Below, piece after piece: positions 1 through 9,400 of a stretch of DNA of 64,000 bases. The notes under the pieces were generated by a model, which did no database searches, was not told the origin of the DNA, and saw only the letters and a program-made list of their open reading frames with translations. Position 1 is the stretch's first letter, and each line of letters starts with the position of its first letter. The stretch is from an uncultured Parolsenella sp. (GTDB lineage: Bacteria; Actinomycetota; Coriobacteriia; Coriobacteriales; Atopobiaceae): positions 107,848-171,847 of the forward strand of contig NZ_CAKUIH010000005.1 of the NCBI RefSeq assembly GCF_934660935.1, read 5' to 3'. Made by a program: the position numbers and the translations under genes.

Positions 1-129
1 ACGGCCGGCTTCGACATCCGACACGGCCTCATCGGCCCCGGTGTCTACGCCTCGCACAACTACGAGCGCTCCCACATGGACGGCGTCCGCAACACCTTCG
101 AGCTTCTCCGCGCCTACGTCGCGCTGTAG
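1..129 (+). CDS. 3' end of an unidentified protein-coding gene (truncated by window edge)
   Basis: Frame 1 is open from the window edge to TAG 127-129 (...GLIGPGVYASHNYERSHMDGVRNTFELLRAYVAL*). Codons are GC3-rich and a strong hairpin follows at 205-237. The family is not recognisable from 42 aa. Confidence 0.4.
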   Translation, partial: TAGFDIRHGLIGPGVYASHNYERSHMDGVRNTFELLRAYVAL

Positions 130-178
130 ATCGAGCTTCTCCGCGCCTACGTCGCGTTGCGCCTACGTCGCGCTGTAG
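98..178 (+). repeat. Tandem duplication of the last ~31 nt of the upstream CDS including its stop codon
   Basis: tcgagcttctccgcgcctacgtcgcgctgtag (98-129) is repeated as tcgagcttctccgcgcctacgtcgcg (131-156). It recurs again partially as gcgcctacgtcgcgctgtag (159-178). Confidence 0.9.
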
Positions 179-204
179 AGACACCAAAACCCGCTAGACA
201 CAAA

Positions 205-237
205 AGCGCGCCTGCACGGTCAACGTGCAGGCGCGCT
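205..237. terminator. GC-rich hairpin between convergent genes (probable bidirectional terminator)
   Basis: agcgcgcctgcacg / cgtgcaggcgcgct form a 14-bp perfect stem with a 5-nt loop, followed by atttg. The hairpin lies between the + strand CDS end (129) and the - strand CDS end (331). Confidence 0.6.
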
Positions 238-292
238 ATTTGTAAGAACAGGAATTGGCGGGAAATCGCCCCCGAACCCAATCTCACAGCAA

Positions 293-323
293 GAGGGCGA
301 GCCAGATCGTCAGGCTCGCCCTC
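293..323 (-). terminator. Hairpin immediately downstream of the dehydrogenase-like gene
   Basis: gagggcgagcc / ggctcgccctc form an 11-bp stem with a 9-nt loop, 8 nt past the stop at 331-333. The U-tract on the minus strand is weak. Confidence 0.45.
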
Positions 324-330
324 CATTTCG

Positions 331-1302
331 CTACAGCTTCTTGTGGAGCTTCAGCAGCTCGATAAGCATATGGTCACGGTACTCCGCTAGGCTCTCGGGC
401 GTATTGCCCGTCTGTGCGGGACGCGCGGCAAGCTCGGCGTTCACGCCGTCTTGTGCCACCTGCGCAAACTCGGGCGGGAAGCTCTTCCAGTCCGCCATGT
501 CCTCAAGCCACAGGTTGATCGAGTCATTGAGGTGATTCATGAGGCCGGACACGCCGCCCTTGCCGCCGCCCAGCTCAAACACGAGAGACGGCCCCATGAT
601 GCCCCAGCGAATGCCCGGGCCAAAGGTCACCGCCTTGTCAGCGTCCTCGATGCTGCACACGCCGGAAAGCACGAGGTTCGCCACCTCACGATACAGCGCC
701 ATCTGAAGCCTGTTGCAAATAAAGCCGAGAGCCTCCTTCTGCAGCACGACCGGCTCCATACCAATAGCCGTATAGAACGCCTTGGCGCGCACGACGGTCT
801 CCTCGCCGGTCTTCTCGCCCTTCGTAATCTCCACGAGCGGAATGAGGTGAGGCGGGTTGTAGGGATGGCCGCCACAGAAGCGCTCTGGATGCTTGGCGTT
901 CTTGGCGATCTCAGTCACGAGCAGGCCAGACGTTGAGCTCGCAACGATGGCGTCTGGCTCTGCCGCCGCCTCAATCTCCTTCACGAGCTCCCATTTGACC
1001 TCATAGTGCTCAGCCGAGGACTCCTGGATGAACTGTGCGCCCGCGACCGCCTCGGCAATGGAGGTGGTGTAATGGATACGCCCCGCGATTGCCGCCGACT
1101 CTTCCTCCGTATAGACGCCATTCTTCACGAGGGACTCCAGCGAAGCCGTCACACGCTCGCGCGCGAGCTCGCTCGACTCCTCCGTGCGGTTCTGCGCCCA
1201 CACGTCAAGCCCAGCCATCGCAAACTTAAGCGCGTAGCTATACCCGATGACGCCGGCACCGACCGACGCCACCTTCTTAATCTGGATGCCGTCAATCTCC
1301 AT
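331..1302 (-). CDS. 3-hydroxyacyl-CoA dehydrogenase family protein, L-carnitine / L-gulonate 3-dehydrogenase-like
   Basis: Start taken at ATG 1302 (MEIDGIQIKKVASVGAGVIGYSYALKFAMAG, a Rossmann GxGxxG). Motifs IQES..E, SSTSGLL and HPYNPPHLIPLVE are typical of this family. The longer ORF to 1506 has an implausible R/S-rich N-terminus. Confidence 0.8.
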   Translation of the reverse strand: MEIDGIQIKKVASVGAGVIGYSYALKFAMAGLDVWAQNRTEESSELARERVTASLESLVKNGVYTEEESAAIAGRIHYTTSIAEAVAGAQFIQESSAEHYEVKWELVKEIEAAAEPDAIVASSTSGLLVTEIAKNAKHPERFCGGHPYNPPHLIPLVEITKGEKTGEETVVRAKAFYTAIGMEPVVLQKEALGFICNRLQMALYREVANLVLSGVCSIEDADKAVTFGPGIRWGIMGPSLVFELGGGKGGVSGLMNHLNDSINLWLEDMADWKSFPPEFAQVAQDGVNAELAARPAQTGNTPESLAEYRDHMLIELLKLHKKL

Positions 1303-1366
1303 GCAAAGCCTCCCAGCCGAGGAAACGCGGGTCTCGTAAGCCCGCCTCCTCTGAGTATAGGTCTGG

Positions 1367-1927
1367 CTACACCGCCTCGGCAGCGAAGTCATCCGCCTCG
1401 TCCTCGTCGCCAATAGCCCCGAGGTCCGCCAGCTCGACCGGCTCCTCAAGCACGGTCCCCATGGGGAACGCGCGGCGGAACACAAAGCGAGCGAAGGGCC
1501 CGGCAACGAGGAGGTTCCACGGCAGGGCCATCACGAAGTTCCAGGGGATGTTCGAAAGCCAGGCCATGGGGACGATCGCGAGCGTACCGGCATGGAAGGC
1601 TCCCTCAAAGGCGCCGTAGAGCGACATGATGATCACCATCGGCACTACCATGCAGCCAGAGACCACGAGCGTCATGGCGCGAGGAGAACTCTTGCCCGGG
1701 GTTACGAGGTACTTGAACGCGAAGCCTTTGGCGAGCGGTCCCGCGATTAACACGTCGCACAGCATTGCAAAGACATAGGCAGGCGGAAAACCAATCCAAG
1801 CATCCAAGATCACGTCCATCCCGACGTGGCCGTACATGCGCGCGACGTTGTAGATGGACATCCAAAGCACCATGCAGAAGCACATGATGACGGTGAAGAT
1901 CAGGCTCTCTCGCTTGTTGGTAGGCAT
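1367..1927 (-). CDS. Multi-pass membrane protein (possibly DUF2798-type), acidic C-terminal tail
   Basis: 186 aa from ATG 1927 (MPTNKRESLIFTVIMCFCMVLWMSIYN...). It has four or more hydrophobic segments and good GC3 coding bias. The family guess comes from memory only. Confidence 0.6.
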   Translation of the reverse strand: MPTNKRESLIFTVIMCFCMVLWMSIYNVARMYGHVGMDVILDAWIGFPPAYVFAMLCDVLIAGPLAKGFAFKYLVTPGKSSPRAMTLVVSGCMVVPMVIIMSLYGAFEGAFHAGTLAIVPMAWLSNIPWNFVMALPWNLLVAGPFARFVFRRAFPMGTVLEEPVELADLGAIGDEDEADDFAAEAV

Positions 1928-1986
1928 ATGTGGGCAATTCCCTTCTCTTTGTCTCCGCGGGACATCGCGCGCGGCCATGTGTCGAG

Positions 1987-2032
1987 CCAAAATAAAACGG
2001 GCGAGACGAAGTCTGAACTTCATCTCGCCCGT
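1987..2032 (-). terminator. Rho-independent terminator (minus strand)
   Basis: acgggcgaga / tctcgcccgt form a 10-bp stem. On the minus strand it is followed by TTTTATTTTGG. Confidence 0.65.
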
Positions 2033-2152
2033 ATGCGTATGCATGGCTGCGACTACATCCTATGTTGCATGGGCAACCCTACCACGAAACGCCATCCCTT
2101 CGTAAGCGTTTAGTTTGTGGAGACTAACCCATGGAAAGGAAGTGCCCTTCTC

Positions 2153-2605
2153 CTACTTAGCCCAGGGCACGCTGCAGCTGGGGTTCTCCTCGGAGGAGAA
2201 CTTCTTCTCGAGGAAGGCCCACATCTCCTCTGCGGTCTCCATCTCGGAGAGGGCAGCCTCAACAGGGCAGACCTTCGAGGGGTCCTTCGAGGACTTCACG
2301 AGCTCAATGTCCTCCTCGGCATAGAACTCGACGCCGGCAGCCTCGAGGAAACGACGGCCCGGCTGAGAGAGCTGACGGCACGCAAACCTCTTGACGCCAA
2401 GCCTCTTTCCCACGGTCGAAAGCGCGGCGCCAAGCTGAGTGGCCACGAGGGCGTACGCGCCGGGAACCTCATTGGCGAGCATCGCCTTGACGATGGTGCC
2501 AGCCGGGCTCTTCTGAGCGCTCCAAACGACCTCGCCAGTCTCGGAGACAAGCGCAACAAGCGCGCCATCGGCGGTGCCGATCTCAAGCAGTTCTTCGTTG
2601 GTCAT
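2153..2605 (-). CDS. Hypothetical protein, possibly DUF1893 (TM1506-like) family
   Basis: 150-aa ORF with RBS GGAGGG 7 nt upstream of ATG 2605. A CPVE motif near the C-terminal third and the overall size fit my recollection of DUF1893. This is not verified. Confidence 0.55.
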   Translation of the reverse strand: MTNEELLEIGTADGALVALVSETGEVVWSAQKSPAGTIVKAMLANEVPGAYALVATQLGAALSTVGKRLGVKRFACRQLSQPGRRFLEAAGVEFYAEEDIELVKSSKDPSKVCPVEAALSEMETAEEMWAFLEKKFSSEENPSCSVPWAK

Positions 2606-2703
2606 CGTATGACCCTCCTATCGCACTGACATACGAGGCGCAAACCCCGCTCTTCTCTGCCGCACTTCTACCCGCATAGTTACGTTACTAAACAGATGAG
2701 ACC

Positions 2704-2744
2704 AAGCAGAAACGGGGTGGAACGGATTTCTCCGCCCCACCCCG
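2704..2744 (-). terminator. Terminator downstream of the PatB/MalY-like gene
   Basis: cggggtgg / ccaccccg form an 8-bp stem. On the minus strand it is followed by TTTCTGCTT. Confidence 0.5.
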
Positions 2745-2792
2745 CTGTCAGCTACTTAGTGCAGCTTGGCTTTAGTCGCTTGCACGTAAGAA

Positions 2793-3974
2793 CTAGGCGC
2801 GAGCCTTGACGGCAGCCTCGATGCGCTTAGCGCCCTCCATGACCATGGAGCGCGGAGCGGCGAAGTTGAAGCGCATGAAGCCGAAGCCCTCCTTGGCGCC
2901 GAAGGTGGTGCCGTCGTTCAGCAGGACCTTAGCGTCGTTGAACATGAAGTCCTTGAGCTCCTGCTGGGTCTCGAAGCCGAGGCCGCGGCAGTCGAGCCAG
3001 CTCATGAAGGTGGCCTCGGGCTTGATGGCGGTGATGCCCGGGACGTTCTCGTTGATGTAGTCAACGAACATGTCGCGGGTGCCGTTGAGGTAAGCGAGGC
3101 ACTGGTCAGCATAGTCGTCGCACTGGCCGAAGCAGACCTCGAGGGCGATGTTGCCGAAGATGTTGCGACCCATGCCCTTGGCGTAAGCCTGCTGGTTCAT
3201 CATGCGACGGTAGATCTTCTCGTTGTGCGTGAACCAAGCAGCGGTGCGGAAGGCAGCAATGTTGAAGGTCTTGGCCGGGTTGACGAAGGTGATGGAGTTG
3301 TTAGCGAACTCCTCGGAGATGGAGCAGAACGGGATGAACTCGCCGCCGTCGAAGACGATGTCAGCGTGGATCTCGTCGATGCCGACCATAACGTCGTTGG
3401 CGATGCAGAGCTCGCCCATGCGAGTGAGCTCCTCGCGGGTGAAGTTGCGGCCGGTCGGGTTCTGCGGGTTGCAGATGAACATGACCTTGAGGGCGGGATC
3501 CTTGAGCTTCTTCTCGAGGTCCTCCCAGTCGATCTCGTAGCGACCGTCGACGAGCTTCATCTCGTTGTAGACGAGCTGACGGCCGTTGTTCTTGATGAGG
3601 CCGTGGAACGGCGGGTAAACCGGGGTCTGGAGGAGGACCTTATCGCCGACGGCGGAGAACTCCTTGACGACCCAGATCATGGCCATGATGACGTTCGGCG
3701 AGAAGTCGATGTAGTCGGGGTTCAGCACGGTGTTGTGACGAACCTTGTACCAACGAGCGACGGCGTTCTCGAAAGCGGAGTCGATGTAGGGGTAGCCGTA
3801 GTGGGGCATGTCGACGCGCTTGTGGAGGGCCTCGGTGAGCTCAACCGGGCTCTGGAACTCGGAGTCAGCAATCCAGAAGGGGAGGACGTCGTCCGGGCAG
3901 AGGGACGGGTCAAACTTCTTGGCGTCGGTGCCGCGGCGATCAACGCCCTTATCGAAATCGTAAACGTGGCTCAT
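2793..3974 (-). CDS. MalY/PatB-family PLP-dependent C-S lyase (cystathionine beta-lyase-like aminotransferase class I/II)
   Basis: Start at ATG 3974 (MSHVYDFDKGVDRRGTDAKKFD...) with GGAG 6 nt upstream. The N-terminal D..vDRrGT.s.K motif and NPQNPTGR are typical of the family. Confidence 0.85.
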   Translation of the reverse strand: MSHVYDFDKGVDRRGTDAKKFDPSLCPDDVLPFWIADSEFQSPVELTEALHKRVDMPHYGYPYIDSAFENAVARWYKVRHNTVLNPDYIDFSPNVIMAMIWVVKEFSAVGDKVLLQTPVYPPFHGLIKNNGRQLVYNEMKLVDGRYEIDWEDLEKKLKDPALKVMFICNPQNPTGRNFTREELTRMGELCIANDVMVGIDEIHADIVFDGGEFIPFCSISEEFANNSITFVNPAKTFNIAAFRTAAWFTHNEKIYRRMMNQQAYAKGMGRNIFGNIALEVCFGQCDDYADQCLAYLNGTRDMFVDYINENVPGITAIKPEATFMSWLDCRGLGFETQQELKDFMFNDAKVLLNDGTTFGAKEGFGFMRFNFAAPRSMVMEGAKRIEAAVKARA

Positions 3975-4068
3975 GATTTGCTCCATTTCTTTCTGAGTTA
4001 GAACGGACTGCAAAACAACGCACTACTTGGATGGTAGCAGCGGTACGTCCAGTAAAACAAGGGAGGGC

Positions 4069-5436
4069 TTAGAAGAACAGGGTCCAGCCGTAGCCGATGA
4101 TGACGTTCAGCAGGAACATGGTGATGCAGGGGATCATGCAGCTCTTGGAGAGATCCTGCAGGTCGATGCCGCCCATACCAGCGGTAGCGATGATGACGCC
4201 GGCGACGGGGGACATGGAGCGGCCCATAGCGGTGGCGAGCTGCATCGGGACGGCGATGCTCTGGGTGGCCATGCCCATGGTGGTGGCCATATCCGGGACG
4301 AGCGGGCCGAAGGCGTACCAAGAGGCGTTGCCAGAGCCGAGGATGAAGGCACCGAAGAACGTGATGAAGGACATGCAGAGGACGACGATGATCGGGGCAC
4401 CGTTGGCCTCGGCGAGGAGGCCGGAGACGACCGTCAGGCCACCGAGGAGCTTGATGCCCTCAGCGAAGATGGCGGCGGCAGAGAGGATGGAGACGACGCG
4501 AGCGAAGGCGCCACCCATCTCCTTCATGACGAAGCCCATGTCGTCGGTGACGGCCTTGTCGCGCTTACGAACAAGCTCGATGAGGAAGACGATGAGCAGG
4601 CAGAGCAGGTTCGCGACAGCGACGTCCATCTTAATGGGGCTGAAGGCGAAGGCAATGATGATGACGAGCGGGGCAACCGGGAAGATGGAGTACCAAACCG
4701 GGCAGTCAGAATCCTTGACGGCCTCGTGCTGGAGACCCTCGACGCCCTCAGAAGCGGCGGCCTTCTTGTCGCAGCGGTTGAGCCACATGGGAAGAAGGAT
4801 GGCGGCGATGACGGACAGGATGACACCGACGGGGAGCTGCCACTGCATGAAGTAGTCAATCATCGGGATGCCGACGACCTTCTCAGCGGCGAAGATGGCG
4901 GAGGAGTCGTTGGGGCCCCAGTCAAGGAAGCTGCCCATGACGACGGCGGTGCACGCGGAGAGCGGGCTGATGCCGAGGGAGATCATGATCGGGAAGGCGA
5001 TGGACATAAGGAGCATCGCGTGGCCGGAAGCGCTGGGGATAACGAGCTTAAGAGCGCAGCCGATGAGGAACAGGAAGCTCAGAACGATGTAGGGGTTCTT
5101 GATGCCACCGAGGGGCTTGGTGGCGAGGAAGGCCAGCTTGGTGGAGGCACCGATGTGCGTCATGTACATCGCGTAGCCGGTGACCATCATAAGCGTGAGG
5201 CCGACGCCGCTCATGTTCTTGGAGAAGCAGTTCTTCGCGAACACGACGCAGTCGAGAATGATGTTACCGGTGGTGTCCTCACCGAGGACGGAGGTGCCGG
5301 TGAAGGCGGAATAGGCCATCAGAACGGCGATGCCGGACATCATGAAGATGAAGACGGAGTTGACCTTCTTCAGGACGCAGCGCACGACGAATGCGATGTA
5401 AATCAGCGTCAGAAGAACAGAGATTGCAGGACTCAT
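4069..5436 (-). CDS. DcuC-family anaerobic C4-dicarboxylate carrier
   Basis: 455 aa from ATG 5436 with RBS GAGGAAG. The protein is polytopic, with a sequence pattern typical of the DcuC family (MSPAISVLLTLIYIAFVV..., GNASWYAFGPLVPDMA). Confidence 0.8.
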   Translation of the reverse strand: MSPAISVLLTLIYIAFVVRCVLKKVNSVFIFMMSGIAVLMAYSAFTGTSVLGEDTTGNIILDCVVFAKNCFSKNMSGVGLTLMMVTGYAMYMTHIGASTKLAFLATKPLGGIKNPYIVLSFLFLIGCALKLVIPSASGHAMLLMSIAFPIMISLGISPLSACTAVVMGSFLDWGPNDSSAIFAAEKVVGIPMIDYFMQWQLPVGVILSVIAAILLPMWLNRCDKKAAASEGVEGLQHEAVKDSDCPVWYSIFPVAPLVIIIAFAFSPIKMDVAVANLLCLLIVFLIELVRKRDKAVTDDMGFVMKEMGGAFARVVSILSAAAIFAEGIKLLGGLTVVSGLLAEANGAPIIVVLCMSFITFFGAFILGSGNASWYAFGPLVPDMATTMGMATQSIAVPMQLATAMGRSMSPVAGVIIATAGMGGIDLQDLSKSCMIPCITMFLLNVIIGYGWTLFF

Positions 5437-5555
5437 CGACTCACTTCCTCTTTTCTTTGAGGTTATAAAACGACCAGATGCGAACTGGCTTGCCATGGCG
5501 TTGTTTAGCATCTACATCGCCGTAGTTTAGACGCTAACTTGCGTTGTTTTACGCT

Positions 5556-5576
5556 TAAACTATGAACGGTAGTTTA
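5556..5576. promoter_or_regulatory. Candidate MarR operator: inverted repeat TAAACTA-N7-TAGTTTA
   Basis: The repeat lies in an AT-rich divergent intergenic region (5437-5667). Further half-site copies are TAGTTTA at 5523-5529 and TAAACT at 5629-5634. Confidence 0.35.
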
Positions 5577-5667
5577 TCGACCGCGAACGGTATCGCCATT
5601 CCCCTATTAATACTGTATGTTTTAGTAGTAAACTCATACGGTTACCTCGAATGAAGGGAGGTTGTAT

Positions 5668-6195
5668 ATGACGCAGCCAGTACCCAATGACGGCATTCGT
5701 CACCCCATTGACGACGTCACGGCATGTGACATCCTCCATCAGATGTCTTCTTTCTATTCCGGAACGAAGAAGCCCCATGACTACGGCACCGGCGAGGCAT
5801 ACACCGCCTGGGAGACCCACGTCATCAAGTACATCGCCGATCACCCCGGTGTCACGCTCACCGACATGGCACTCGCGTTTGGCAAGACCAAGGGCGCGTT
5901 CTCCCAGATCGTGAATAGGCTCGTCGCGCGCGGCCTTATCGTCAAGAACAAAGCGGAGGGTATGGACAACCGCCAGTTCCTCGAGCTGAGCGAGAAGGGC
6001 CTCGAGCTCAACGCTGCGCATGAGCACTATGATGCGGTTCACTTTGGCGAGTCGATGTCCATCGTGAGGTCTCAGTACACGGACGAGGAGGTTGACCAGG
6101 CCTTTACGGTTCTGCTGTGCTGGCTCAACGCGCGTCGCGCTATCCACAAGAAGCGCATCGAGCAGCAGAAGACTTCTGGCAACGACTCCTTCTAG
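5668..6195 (+). CDS. MarR-family transcriptional regulator
   Basis: ATG 5668 lies 6 nt after GGGAGG. The winged-HTH region is ITLTDMALAFGKTKGAFSQIVNRLVARGLIVKNK..DNRQ. Confidence 0.85.
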   Translation: MTQPVPNDGIRHPIDDVTACDILHQMSSFYSGTKKPHDYGTGEAYTAWETHVIKYIADHPGVTLTDMALAFGKTKGAFSQIVNRLVARGLIVKNKAEGMDNRQFLELSEKGLELNAAHEHYDAVHFGESMSIVRSQYTDEEVDQAFTVLLCWLNARRAIHKKRIEQQKTSGNDSF

Positions 6196-6376
6196 CGATT
6201 GCGGAGCGGCAGGCCGCGCAAGATGCGCGAATCTTGTTGGCGCGGGGTGTGCGGCCGACACTAGGTGCATACCAGCCGACGCAAAGCGAAGGCGGCTGGT
6301 GCCAAGCGCAAGATGTACGCCGATTCCAACGCCAGCCTCTTCGCGCACATATATTGTTTTGCGCGCACTAATATGT

Positions 6377-6410
6377 GGCCGGCAGGGGACGCTCCCCTGC
6401 CGGCCCTTTT
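6377..6410 (+). terminator. Strong hairpin terminator
   Basis: ggccggcagggga cgc tcccctgccggcc is a 13-bp perfect stem followed by CTTTTC. It lies between the convergent marR and permease genes. Confidence 0.7.
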
Positions 6411-6449
6411 CATCCTGGATCCGTAACCGACCACGATTCTCGTTTCCGC

Positions 6450-9400
6450 CTAGTCCACGCTCTTGAGTGCTTCGAGCATGTCGACGCGGCGCAAATACTG
6501 GTTGACGACCGCATACATCGCCGCAACCACGAGCACGATGACGACCGTCGACACCACGAAGGGGAGCCATCCGCAAGCAGGATCGAACATCACGTTCTCC
6601 GGCGGCACGGCGGCGATGATGTACTGCTGCAGCATCCAACCGAGCAGCCAGCCAACCGGCAGCGCGAGACACGAGTTGATGATCGTCTCGCGATAGATGT
6701 ACATCGAGACTTCGCGTGGATAGAACCCGAGAACCTTGATCGTGGACAGCTCGCGGATGCGCTCGGCCACGTTGATGGTCACGAGGTTGTAGACGATCAC
6801 CACCGCCAGCAGCACCGCCACCACGATAAGCACGCCCATGATCATGTTGAGGGACTTCACCACGACGTTGATCTGGTCGATAAGCGCCGCACTCTGCACA
6901 CACCCCATCACGCCCGAAAGGCTCATGAAGCGCGCCGCCTCGGAGCGAATCGCCGTCGTGCCGTTATCCGTCAGGTTCACGACAAAGGCATTCGTCTCCA
7001 GGGGCTTGCCGAAGCAGTTCTGGTAGGCCTCCGCACTCATGAACATGAAGTGTTCCATGTACATCTCGCAGATGCCAGCCACACGCACGCCGCACTCGCG
7101 ACCGTCCGCGTCCTTGAACGTGAGAGTATCCCCTACGCGCAGGCCGATGAGGCTCGCGAGGCGCTCGGAAATCACAGCGCCGTCCGGAGACAGCTCGAGC
7201 GCCCTGCCGGTCGAGCGCTCGCGAATGCGCAGGTAACTAGCAAAAGCGCTCGCGTCCTCAGGGACAAGGAGATTGATCTTCTGGTCATCGCCCTTGGCGC
7301 CGCCCCGCTTGGTCACGCTTTCGTAGCGCACAGGCAGGTGGCTGGCGACGGCACCGGAGGCAAGCTCGGCATCTATCCCCACGCGCTCTTCCTCGCTCAC
7401 GTGGCTATTCTCGGCAACGATCAAGTCATAGCCGATGATGTCGCCAAACTGGGCGTCGGCAAGGCCGTTGATGGAGTTGCGAACGGCAAAGCCGCAGAAC
7501 ATGAGACATACGGCGCCCGCCACGCCAACGACGGTCATGAGCATGCGCTTCTTGTAGCGAAGGAGGTTTCTGCAGGTGACCTTCTGCGTAAAGTTAAGGC
7601 GATTCCACACCGGCGAAATGTGCTCGAGGATGATCTTCGAGCCGGCGGCCGGAGCCTTGGGGAGGAGGAGCTGGGCGGGTTTCTCCGCCAGGCTTCGCTT
7701 GGCCACCGCTGCCGCCGGGCCAACCGAGACGGCCAGGGCCAGCGCAAAGGCAGCCGCGCTCACCAGCGGGCGGAAGTGCATCTCGATGGGTGGTAGCACG
7801 AATTTCGAACCATAGGCGCTATAGACGATGAATGGCATCAGCGTATGACCGAGCGCGATGCCGACAAACGCGCCAATGCCTCCCGCCGTAGCCCCATAGA
7901 CCACAAACTTAAGCATGACGTCGCGGTCGCGATATCCCAAGGCCTTGAGGGTGCCGGAGTTCACGCGTTCCTCATCCACCATGCGAGTCATCGTGGTCGA
8001 TGCCACGAGTGCCGCCACCAGGTAGAGAAAGTAGGGAAAGACGTCCGCGAGAGAATCGACGATCTCGCTCACGCTGCTGTAGGTCTTATAGCCTTCTGAG
8101 CCCGGGGTTTCTCGACGCGAGTCGACAGCGTAAGCCGGTTGGTCGATGGAATCTCGCTGCTCGCGCGCATCGGCGAGGGAGGCCTCGCCATCGGCGATCT
8201 CCCGCTCGGCATCGGGCAAGGCGTCGTTGTACTCCGCGAGAGCAGACTCGTACTCGGAACGCTTTTGGGCAAGCGCGCCCGCCGCCTCGTCATACGCGGC
8301 GCGGCCCTGCTGATAGGCAGCAAACCCCTCGTTGTACTCGGCCATGCCGGCGTCATAGGTGGCCTTACCGGCGGCGTACTCAGCCTGGCTTGCGGATAGC
8401 CTCTCGGCACTTGCGCCAATCTGCGCGGAGACGGCATCGAGCTCCTGCTGCTTGGCGGCAAACTCCGCCTGACCGTTCGCGACTTGCTGGTCAAGAGCCA
8501 CCTGAGCCGCGGAAATCTGCTGCTCAGCGGCATCGAGCTGCGCTGATTGCTGGGCGTAGCTCGCATCATCGATGAGGCCAGCGGCGTGTGCCTGCTCGAG
8601 TTGGTCCCTCTTTTGCGCAACGTCCGCACGTTGGGCGTCAATCTGCGCTTGCGCCTGAGCCGTTTGCTGCTCCGCTGCCGTTTTGGCGTCATCGAGGGCT
8701 TGGACGGACGCCGCGTATTGGGAGCGCGCCTCGGCAAGCTGCCGCTCTCCTTCGTCTAGCTGGGCGCGGGCGTCTGCAAGGCGATCGCGGGAAGCGAAAA
8801 GCGTTTCGCGCGCACCCGCCAGCCGCGCGGCAGCCACCTCAAGCTGTGACCAAGTGTCATCGAGAGTCAGCTGTCCATCTGCGAGTCTCGCGGCAGCATC
8901 ATCTAGCGCTGCCTTGGCATCGGAGAGCTGCTGGCGAGCGTTGTCGAGAGTCGCCTGACCGTCAGCGATCTTGTCGTCGAACTCCGCGCGTACCGCAGCG
9001 AGACGGCGCGGCGGCGCACATGCGAGCACGGTGGCAAGTTCCTCCTTATGAGCCGCGACGCGCGCGAGGTACTCCGCGCTATACGGGTCGAGACCCTCGG
9101 TGTCATCAAACGTAAGGCGCGCAACCATGCGATAGTCCGCATTGAAGACGTCGGGCGTTACCACGGCATATCCCGTAAGGTCGCCCGTTCCCACCGTTGT
9201 CTTGCCCTTGTTCACGCTCGCGATGATCTCCGTCGAGCTCACGTGTCCCACAACGCGAAAATGCGTCTGCGTCAGCACCGCGCTGCCACCCATGCCGTCC
9301 TTTTCGACCAGGTCGACCATCGAACCGAGCGGAAAACGATCCACGAGGAAGGAGTCGACGGCTATTTCGTCAGGAGCCGAAGGCATGCGACCGCCAACAA

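Noticed and set aside
4027-5460. 477-aa plus-strand ORF antisense to the DcuC-type carrier
   Set aside because: Its D/E/G/H/A-rich low-complexity composition is typical of stop-free antisense frames in GC-rich DNA. It has no RBS. The opposite strand encodes a recognisable polytopic transporter.
6375-7796. 473-aa plus-strand ORF antisense to the FtsX permease, with further antisense or alternate-frame ORFs through 9908
   Set aside because: It is R/H/D-rich with no family resemblance. The minus strand carries a coherent 1102-aa permease.
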